A DNA stretch of 64,000 nt from an uncultured delta proteobacterium (lineage in GTDB: Bacteria > Myxococcota > Kuafuiibacteriia > Kuafuiibacteriales > Kuafuiibacteriaceae), in assembly GCA_963803435.1 (NCBI GenBank), contig CAWDML010000009.1, positions 1,600,001 through 1,664,000 on the forward strand, read 5' to 3'. Position numbers and translations under genes: made by a program. The notes beneath the pieces are model-generated. The model had not been told where the DNA came from. It searched no databases and saw only the letters and a program-made list of their open reading frames with translations. Positions 56,499-64,000 of the stretch are shown here, one piece after another. Position 1 is the first letter of the stretch. Every line of letters begins with the position of its first letter.

Positions 56499-58640
56499 TG
56501 GATCCGATCGCGATCGAAGGGACGCTGGCCCGGATCCTCTACACGAACGCGGACACCGCCTGGAGCGTGGTGCGCCTGACCATCCCCGGCGAGGACGAGA
56601 TCACGGCCGTCGGGAACCTGCTCGGCGTGCGCGAAGGCGAGCAGCTGCGCCTGAGCGGCCGCTGGATCGACGATAAGAAGTATGGGCGCCAGTTCCAGGT
56701 GGAGGCGTACCTGACGGTGAAGCCGTCCACGCTCAAGGGCATCGAACGCTATCTCGGCTCGGGGATGGTCGAAGGGATCGGCCCCGCGATGGCCAAGCGG
56801 CTCGTCGACCACTTCGGCCGGGACACGCTCGACGTGATCGAGCAGCACCACCAGCGCCTCACCGAGGTCGAGGGCATCGGCCCCGTCCGCGCTAAGCGGA
56901 TCAAGGAGGCTTGGGCCGAGCAGGCCGAGGTGAAGGAGGTGATGATCTTCCTCCAGTCGCACGGCGTCTCGCCGGCGTACGCGGTGCGGATTCTGGCAGC
57001 GCTACGGCAAGCGCGCGCTGGGTCTGGTCCGCGAGAATCCGTACCGCCTGGCCCTCGAGGTCTTCGGCATCGGCTTCGCGAAGGCGGACCAGGTGGCCCG
57101 GAGCCTGGGCTTCGAGATGGCCTCGCCGGAGCGGGCCGAGGCGGGGACGCTGCACGTGCTCTTCGAGACTGCCGAGGAGGGACACTCGTACGTGCCCCGC
57201 AGCGAGCTGATTCCGCCGGGCCACCGAGATCCTGTCGATCGACCCGGTGCTGATCGAGTCGGCGATCGAGAAGCTGGCGGCCGCGCGCCGGATCCAGCTG
57301 GACGACGACGCCGTCTACCTGGTGGCGCTCTACGAGGCCGAGCGGGCCGCCGCCGAGCAGGTGAAGCGAATGCTGGAGACGCCCGCGCCGTCGATCGAGG
57401 GCCCGCTCGACCTCTCGGCGATCGAGCGCGAACAGCGGATCGAGCTAGCGCCCGAGCAGCGCGCCGCGGTGGAGGCGGCGATGACGAGGCGGCTCCTGGT
57501 GGTCACCGGCGGTCCGGGCACCGGCAAGACCACCATCGTCAAGGCGATCATCCGGCTCCAGAAGAGGTACCGCCGCAAAGTGCTGCTGGCGGCGCCCACC
57601 GGCAGGGCCGCCAAACGTCTGTCCGAGGCCACCGGCGAGGAGGCGAAGACCATCCACCGGCTCCTCGAGTTCGATCCCGAAGGCGCGCGCGTTCGCGAGG
57701 AGCGCCGACGATCCCCTCGAGGTCGACACGCTGATCGTCGATGAGGTCTCGATGGTCGACATCCTCCTCTTTTGCAACCTGGTCGCGGCGCTCCCGCCGA
57801 AGGCGTCGCTGGTGCTGGTCGGCGACGTCGATCAGCTGCCGTCGGTGGGCCCGGGCCGCGTCCTCGACGACGTGATCTCCTCAGGCCGTGCGGAGGTGAT
57901 CCGGCTGAAGCAGATCTTCCGCCAGGCGGAGCGGAGCCTCATCGTGGTGAACGCCCACCGAATCAACGAGGGGCAGATGCCGTCGTTCGAGGTGGATCGC
58001 GGAGAAGAAGCAGGACTTCTACATGATCGAGCGCGACGAACCGCCGCGCGTGCTCGAGACGATCGAGGAGGTGGTCAAGAACCGCATCCCCAGCAGCTTC
58101 GGCCTCGACCCGATCGACGACGTCCAGGTGCTCACGCCGATGCACAAGGGGCCACTCGGCGCGGTCAACCTGAACAACCGCCTCCAGGCGCTCCTCAATC
58201 CCCGCACCACGGACGACGTCCTCAAGCGCGGGCCCTACACGTTCAAGGCCGGCGACAAGATCATGCAGACCAAGAACGACTACACGCTGGGCGTGTTCAA
58301 CGGGGACCTGGGGCGGGTCGTCTCCATCGACCCGGAGGACAAGAAGCTGATCGCTCGCTTCGACGATCGAACCGTGACGTTCGCGGCGGGCGAGCTCGAG
58401 GCGCTCACGCTCGCGTACGCCTGCTCGATCCACAAGTCGCAGGGGAGCGAGTACCCGGCGGTCGTGATCCCGGTGAGCACGCAGCACTACGTGATGCTGC
58501 ACCGGAACCTCTTCTACACGGCGGTGACCCGGGGCCGGCGGCTGGTCGTCCTGGTCGGGAGCCGCCGCGCGCTCTCGCAGGCCGTCAAGAACGAGGAGCA
58601 GAACCGGCGCTACGCCAAGCTGGCGGATCGACTGCGATAG
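56498..58640 (+). CDS. recD2: RecD2-like SF1B helicase (frameshifts near 57000, 57220, 57685, 58010)
   Basis: YGRQF, HhH GIG motifs, GGPGTGKTT, APTGRAA, GDVDQLPSVGPG, HKSQGSEY, YTAVTR. TGATG coupling to lhr. Confidence 0.92.
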
Positions 58641-58675
58641 CCCGGGGCCCGCTCGGGCGAAGCCCTCGCAGCCGA

Positions 58676-58701
58676 CCCGCGCGGCGGGCCGACGTTTTTT
58701 T
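58676..58701 (+). terminator. Possible intrinsic terminator after recD2
   Basis: Short CCCGC/GCGGG stem followed by a T7 run; the stem-to-T spacing is imperfect. Confidence 0.3.
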
Positions 58702-58834
58702 CCTTTCCCCTCGGGCGGGGCTGCCCGGTCCATGACGGAGGATGACCTTGGCGGGCTACGTCGGCCTGCACCTCTCCCTGGTGCTCGAGACCGGTTCGGT
58801 GACAGGATTCACCCCGCATCCGACGCGCCGACGC

Positions 58835-59350
58835 ATGGGCGACGCACCCTCATCCCGCCGGGCGCAAGTCGCCGACCTCTACCGACAGTACGGCCACCTG
58901 GTCCACACCCGCTGCGTCTTCCTGCTCCGGGACCACGAAGCCGCCCGCGACGCCACGCAGGAGGTGTTCGTCCGGGTGATGCGCGCGATCGACTCCTTCC
59001 GCGAGGACGCGTCCCCGTCCACCTGGATCCTCAAGATCGCCACCAACCACTGCCTCAACGTGATCGCGTCGGCGAAGGCGAAGTGGCGCGAGCGCTTCCA
59101 GCAGTACATGACCCACCTCGACGAGGGCGGCCTCCTCGGTGGGGTCGATCCGGACAAGGCGCACCTCGTCTCGCAGCTGCTGGCGAAGCTCGACCGCGAG
59201 ACGCAGCAGGTCGCCATCTTCTACTACGTCGACGAGATGACCCAGGAGGAGATCTCCACCGTCCTCGGTCGCTCGCTCCCGACGATTCGCAAGCGCCTCG
59301 CCAAGTTCAAGCGAGTCGCCCGCAAGGAGCTGGGCCATGACGTCCCCTGA
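58835..59350 (+). CDS. ECF RNA polymerase sigma factor
   Basis: DATQEVF (region 2), TWILKIATNHCLN, region 4 MTQEEI...TIRKRL. Alternative start at 58742. Confidence 0.92.
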   Translation: MGDAPSSRRAQVADLYRQYGHLVHTRCVFLLRDHEAARDATQEVFVRVMRAIDSFREDASPSTWILKIATNHCLNVIASAKAKWRERFQQYMTHLDEGGLLGGVDPDKAHLVSQLLAKLDRETQQVAIFYYVDEMTQEEISTVLGRSLPTIRKRLAKFKRVARKELGHDVP

Positions 59351-60110
59351 CACCGTGTCGCTCCATCAGCTTCGTCGCTATCGCTTCGGCGAGCTCTCGG
59401 GAGAAGAGCGGGCCGCCGTGGAGGCGAGGCTCGCCGAGGATCCCGAGGTCCGCGCGCGGCTGGCCCGCATCGCGGCCGAGGAGAGCGCGTTCCTCGGCGG
59501 CGTCGATCTCGCCGTCGAGAGCGTCGCCATCCTCGAGAAGCTCGATCGCGCCCCCGCACCCGAGCCGGGGCGCCTCCGGCGGCTGCTCACCACCCGCGGC
59601 TTCCAGCTGGTCGCCGCCTTCGTCTTGCTGCTGGCGCTGATCCCGCTGGCGCGGCCCTTCGTTTCGCACGGGCACCACAACCGGACCAAGGGGAGCGTCC
59701 AGCTGGAGATGTTCATCAAGGACGAGGCGGGCGTCCGCAAGGGCGACGACGGCATGCGCCTCCGCGAGGGCGACCAGATCCAGTTCCGCTACCGCGCCGT
59801 GGGCCGGCGCTATCTCTTCGTGGTCTCCGTCGACAGCCGCGGCGCGATCTCGCCCCTGTATCCGGATGTCACGGGCAAGAGCATCGAGGTCCGCCCGGAC
59901 GGCCTCCACACCCTCGAGGGGAGCGTGATCCTCGACGACGCCGTTGGGCCGGAGCGGATCTTCGCGGTGTTCTCGGACGCTCCGGTGTCCTACCGGTCGA
60001 TCGAGCGCGCCCTCTCGGGCCGGAGTGAGGGCGATCTCAGGCGGTTGCAGCATCTGGACCTGGAGGGTGAGGATGTGGACCAGGCGACCATCCTGATCAT
60101 CAAGGAGTAG
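59337..60110 (+). CDS. Putative anti-sigma factor: zinc-less ASD-like N-terminus, one transmembrane helix, DUF4384-like periplasmic domain
   Basis: GELSGEERAAVEARL, transmembrane helix, RTKG, GDQIQF...YLFVVSVD..G..SPLYP, LDDAVGPERI. Overlaps the sigma gene. Confidence 0.8.
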   Translation: MTSPDTVSLHQLRRYRFGELSGEERAAVEARLAEDPEVRARLARIAAEESAFLGGVDLAVESVAILEKLDRAPAPEPGRLRRLLTTRGFQLVAAFVLLLALIPLARPFVSHGHHNRTKGSVQLEMFIKDEAGVRKGDDGMRLREGDQIQFRYRAVGRRYLFVVSVDSRGAISPLYPDVTGKSIEVRPDGLHTLEGSVILDDAVGPERIFAVFSDAPVSYRSIERALSGRSEGDLRRLQHLDLEGEDVDQATILIIKE

Positions 60111-60112
60111 GA

Positions 60113-61738
60113 TTGAGGGAGACGCTGGTCAGAGCGATTGCAACTTGTCTTGCGCTTTCGCCGGCGCTTCTCGCCACCCCTGCGCACGCCGCCGAGTCGC
60201 GTCGCTTCGCGCTCCTGATCGGGAACAACTCCGGAGGCCCCGAGACCGAACGCCTCCGCTACGCCGAGGACGACGTCGACAAGGTCCGCGTGGTGCTGAG
60301 CCAGCTCGGAGGGTTCCGAGACGGTGACCTGGTGGTGGCCCTGGGCGTTACCGCCCTCGATGCAGAGCAGAAGCTGGCCGCGTTGGAGGCGCGGGTGCGG
60401 GCCGCGGAGTCCGCGGCGGTGCAGACCACGCTGCTCGTGTATTACTCCGGCCACGCGAAGGCCGGCGATCTGTGGCTCGGCGACACCCGGCTGCCGATGG
60501 CCTCGCTCCGCCGGCGCCTCTCCGAGTCGGCGGCGGACGTGAAGATCGGGATCATCGACTCCTGCGAGTCCGGCGCCATCACTCGCGAGAAGGGCGGGCG
60601 CCGCGGGCCCTCGTTCCTCTTCGAGCTGGACGATTGCGAGGCCGCCCGCGGTCTGATCCTGATCAGCTCCAGCTCGGAGGACGAGTCGAGCCAGGAGAGC
60701 GACGAGCTCGGTGGCTCGTTCTTCACGCACTACCTGACGAGCGGTCTCCGCGGCGACGCCGACGAGTCGGGTGACTCGCGCGTGACGCTGGGCGAGGTCT
60801 ACAAGTACACCTACCACAAGACCGTCAGCGTCACGGCCAACACGCGCAGCGGCACGCAGCACCCGACCTATGCCTACGACCTCGAGGGCCAGGGCGACAT
60901 CATCCTCACCGATCTCTCGCGCGGCACCAGCGGCGTGCTCTTCCCCGATCAGGTCGGAGGCGACTTCATGGTCTTCGACATGGCGCGCGAGCAGGTGGCC
61001 GCCGAGATCAGCAAGAAGGCGGGCGCGGTCCGCCGCCTGGCGCTGCCGCCCGGCGACTACGTGGTGAAGAAGAGAATGAGCGACCACCTCCGGATGGCCC
61101 GGTTCGCGCTCGCCGCCGACCAGTACTACCAGGTGGACGAGGGCGCGATGGAGGACGTCGCCTTCGAGGACGACTACGCGAAGGGCCCCATCCTGCGGAC
61201 CGAGCTGGAGCGGACCCGCACGCGCGCCAACATCCGCACGATGGCCGCCTTCCAGAGCTTCTTCTCCGGGAGCGCGCGCCGCGATCTCTTCCCGCCTCTG
61301 TTCATGTTCGGGGCCGGCCTCGAGGTGGGCCCGTTCCTCGGCGCGCACCTCGGTCTCGAGCTCCTGCTGGGCGGCGACGGCGGGCGCACGCTCCGTCTCG
61401 GCGACCTCGCGGTCGGCTACCGGTTCTTCGAGACCGAGGTGGCGCTCTCGCTCCTGTGGCACCTGGATCTGGGTGCGTTCTCGCTCTACGCCGGGCCACG
61501 CGTCTCCGGGATCTACTTCCTGCGCAGCTTCCCCGACGATCCCGTGCTGCGCGATCACAGCCAGGACTTCTTCGGTATCTCGCCCGCCGTGTCCGCTGGC
61601 GCGCTGTGGTTTCCCTTCGCCGCCCGCGACTTCTCGCTGGAGCTGGTGGCGCGCGCCGCCTTCCTCTCGTACGGCGTCGACGACAACCGGGCCCTCTTCT
61701 TCAGCGAGGTGGGCCTGTCCCTGGGGTACCGGCTATGA
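60113..61738 (+). CDS. Exported caspase-family (peptidase C14) protein with beta-barrel-like C-terminus
   Basis: Signal peptide ending AHA-A, RFALLIGNN, LRYAEDD, YYSGHA and IDSCESG dyad, SFFTHYL, QHP. C-terminal amphipathic strands end in GLSLGYRL. Confidence 0.88.
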   Translation: MRETLVRAIATCLALSPALLATPAHAAESRRFALLIGNNSGGPETERLRYAEDDVDKVRVVLSQLGGFRDGDLVVALGVTALDAEQKLAALEARVRAAESAAVQTTLLVYYSGHAKAGDLWLGDTRLPMASLRRRLSESAADVKIGIIDSCESGAITREKGGRRGPSFLFELDDCEAARGLILISSSSEDESSQESDELGGSFFTHYLTSGLRGDADESGDSRVTLGEVYKYTYHKTVSVTANTRSGTQHPTYAYDLEGQGDIILTDLSRGTSGVLFPDQVGGDFMVFDMAREQVAAEISKKAGAVRRLALPPGDYVVKKRMSDHLRMARFALAADQYYQVDEGAMEDVAFEDDYAKGPILRTELERTRTRANIRTMAAFQSFFSGSARRDLFPPLFMFGAGLEVGPFLGAHLGLELLLGGDGGRTLRLGDLAVGYRFFETEVALSLLWHLDLGAFSLYAGPRVSGIYFLRSFPDDPVLRDHSQDFFGISPAVSAGALWFPFAARDFSLELVARAAFLSYGVDDNRALFFSEVGLSLGYRL

Positions 61739-62754
61739 GGCGGGTCGCCGGTGCAACCTGCCTTGCGCTCCTCACGGCGGCGACCGGCTGTCACGAGCCG
61801 TTCTCCAACGAGGACGTCCTCTTCTTGAAGTCGCTCCCCCGCGACGTCGGCTTCGACGTTCCGGGCGGCGACGGTCAGCGCGGGCGCGGCCTGACTCCCG
61901 CGCAGTCCGAGATGCAGGAGAACGTCGCCAAGTTCTATCGGGACATGGTCGCGACCTCGACCGCCACCAACGACCAGATCTTCCAGGTGCTGAGATACGT
62001 CGAGACCCTCACCTCGTCCGCGGCCACCGTACGCGAGGACGACCGCCGGGCGTGGGGACCGCTCCGTCCCAAGCCGGAGGATCCATTCGAGCTGCTCCTG
62101 GTGGTCGATCACGTCTTCACGGCGACGGTCGTGACGTACACCTCACAGAGCGAGCCGTTTCCGACCGACTCCGTCTTCCGCTTTGCGCTCAGCGGCCGGC
62201 CCGGCGAGAAGCGCGACTTCACGCAGTTCCTCTACGGCGAGTCCGTCGTGCTCTCCGCCGCCAGCGACGAGGCGTACGGCTACTTCTGCTTCGATCTCGA
62301 CGCCGTGCACGCCCTCGATCCGACCTCGCAGGGCAGCGGTACCTACTGCGCGAGCTACGACTTCCGCGGGACCCAGGAGACCGTCGAGCTGTCGGTGAAG
62401 ATCGCCGGCGATCTCTACGTGAACCCGGACGCCGCCTTCAGCCTGCACCGTGAGGCGAGCGGCGCCGGGCGCTTCTTCTTCTCGATGCGCGGCAACGTGT
62501 TCGGCGATCCCGAGGTCCCGGAGATCTCCAGCGTCACGGTGCGGTGGAACGAGACCCTGGCGGCCCGCGCCGACAGCTCCACGTGCGGCGGTGACGCCCC
62601 CTACCCCCTGTTCGCCGCCGAGTGCTGGGACGACGCCTTCCTCCGCACGTTCCTGCTCTCGAACATCCCCGGCTTTCCTGCGGTCGGCTCCCTGGAGCTC
62701 TGCCCGGGCGAGTTCCAGGAGCCCGACGCCCTCGCCCAGCCCTGCTCCGAGTGA
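61735..62754 (+). CDS. Hypothetical lipoprotein
   Basis: ATGA overlap with the caspase stop, MRR + hydrophobic stretch + ATGC lipobox, beta-rich body with several Cys. Confidence 0.8.
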   Translation: MRRVAGATCLALLTAATGCHEPFSNEDVLFLKSLPRDVGFDVPGGDGQRGRGLTPAQSEMQENVAKFYRDMVATSTATNDQIFQVLRYVETLTSSAATVREDDRRAWGPLRPKPEDPFELLLVVDHVFTATVVTYTSQSEPFPTDSVFRFALSGRPGEKRDFTQFLYGESVVLSAASDEAYGYFCFDLDAVHALDPTSQGSGTYCASYDFRGTQETVELSVKIAGDLYVNPDAAFSLHREASGAGRFFFSMRGNVFGDPEVPEISSVTVRWNETLAARADSSTCGGDAPYPLFAAECWDDAFLRTFLLSNIPGFPAVGSLELCPGEFQEPDALAQPCSE

Positions 62755-62885
62755 GCTGGCCGAGTGTTCAGCGTGGGCGATCCAGCCGCCGATTGCCGCC
62801 TCCAGCCCGCAGGTCCGCGCGGAATCGGACGCGCGTTCCGGTGGAACGGAGCCTGCATTCGGAGCCCCCACCACCAGGAGGTGCC

Positions 62886-63299
62886 ATGGGAAGCCTAGGA
62901 ATTTCTTCGAACGGAACCCCGCAGCCCAAGAACTGGGGCAGCGAGAACGGGTTCGAACACCCCGATCCTCGCATCGACGACAACCTCACGATGGATGCGG
63001 CGAAGCGGCTGAACTATCTGCAGGATCCCGAGGGACAGCGATCCGCGCAGGACGTCGGAGCCATGGAGATCCAGTGGGATCGGGCCGTCAACCATCAGAA
63101 CGGGCTCAGCGACAAGGAGCTGGTCCCGAAGTGGGTGGCCGACCGGGGCGCGCAGAGCCCCGAGCACCAGCGAAACGTCGAGAACCTGATCCGGGGCGCG
63201 GTACGCGGGGGCGACGCCGGCGTTCAGAGCCTCGAGAACGACTTCATCGGCATCTATCGGAACGCCGTGCGGGCCGCGGCCGCGGGGGAGCGCTGGTGA
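62886..63299 (+). CDS. Hypothetical protein (137 aa)
   Basis: AGGAGG ribosome-binding site before the ATG and GC3-biased codons. No motif recognised. Confidence 0.7.
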   Translation: MGSLGISSNGTPQPKNWGSENGFEHPDPRIDDNLTMDAAKRLNYLQDPEGQRSAQDVGAMEIQWDRAVNHQNGLSDKELVPKWVADRGAQSPEHQRNVENLIRGAVRGGDAGVQSLENDFIGIYRNAVRAAAAGERW

Positions 63300-63724
63300 C
63301 CCCGGCGTACGATCACCCCGTCGTCATCGCGGCCCAGTCGATCCTGAAGGCGGCCGAAGACGGACAGCTCGTGCTCGACGCCCCGGGGGCCGCGCTCCTG
63401 ACCTTCGGCCTCAGAAAGCACGCCGCCGACCCGACGCTCCCGGCCGCGATCGTCGCGCTCTACGAGCTCGCAGGCGTGTTGATCGAGAAGAAGCGCTCGC
63501 CCGACGCGGGGCTGCGGCTCCTCGAGTGCATCCGCGCGGTCGCGCCCGAGCTCGCGTGCCTCAGCGTGGTCGACGAGGCGAAGACCTCGTCCGCGTTGGG
63601 CCACCCGATCGTGAAGGCCGCGCCGCCAATCGACGCCGAGAGCCCCGAGGGCAGCGTCCGCGTCGCGTCGATGGTCGATCCCGGGAACCAGGTGCCAGCC
63701 TCCCTCCGCCGCCGCGGGCGGTAG
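63296..63724 (+). CDS. Hypothetical helical protein (142 aa)
   Basis: GTGA overlap with the preceding gene and typical codon usage. Confidence 0.65.
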   Translation: MTPAYDHPVVIAAQSILKAAEDGQLVLDAPGAALLTFGLRKHAADPTLPAAIVALYELAGVLIEKKRSPDAGLRLLECIRAVAPELACLSVVDEAKTSSALGHPIVKAAPPIDAESPEGSVRVASMVDPGNQVPASLRRRGR

Positions 63725-63760
63725 GCGCAACTCGCACCCCACCGCCCACGATAAGGGAAC

Positions 63761-64000
63761 ATGACGTCGACCGGACGTACGTCTCGACGAGACGTCGCAG
63801 CTACGACCGAGCCTCAGCCGACGGTCACACGCACCATCGCCCCGACGGACGGTCATCCCGCTCGACCGGACACGGTGAGCGTGGGCGGCCCATCCGTGCA
63901 CCCCACCGTGCATACCTCGCGCCCGAACGCCGGCGCCCGTCGCTCCAGCGTGGTGTCGGCCCGAGCGACGCCCGCCGCGGATCCGGAGATCATCCATCAC
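63761..64000 (+). CDS. Possible N-terminus of a protein running off the window (Thr/Pro/Ser-rich)
   Basis: AAGGGA before ATG 63761; the frame is open to the window end. Confidence 0.4.
   Translation, partial: MTSTGRTSRRDVAATTEPQPTVTRTIAPTDGHPARPDTVSVGGPSVHPTVHTSRPNAGARRSSVVSARATPAADPEIIHH

Overview
High-GC (roughly 70%) bacterial chromosomal segment, most likely Myxococcota, judged from a MYXO-CTERM protein, four Hanks-type Ser/Thr kinases, a poly-HAMP hybrid kinase and a TsaP-like LysM protein. About 40 CDS and mostly core genome: bamA, clpB, rarA, a paralogous dnaK/J-protein unit, argD-hslU-hslV, xerC, trmFO, dprA, tsaP-like, cpoB-like, dus, two hybrid histidine kinases, aconitase, icmF, lhr and recD2. 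I found no rRNA, tRNA, CRISPR array or mobile element. Many genes carry indels that look like long-read/consensus errors, densest at about 4.3-5.4 kb and 44.4-47.7 kb. Most notable candidates: (1) an ECF sigma / DUF4384-like anti-sigma / exported caspase with a beta-barrel-like tail / lipoprotein operon, in which anti-sigma and caspase share an R-x-K-G motif; (2) a three-gene Hsp70 unit whose two flanking genes share a homologous winged-helix domain; (3) a kinase with an ~80-aa beta-rich insertion inside the catalytic domain; (4) repeated -10 boxes 6-8 nt before start codons, suggesting leaderless mRNAs; (5) a degenerate-HD/methyltransferase fusion; (6) a small AT-hook protein next to a palindrome-rich intergenic region. 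All calls come from reading motifs by eye; no database searches were run.
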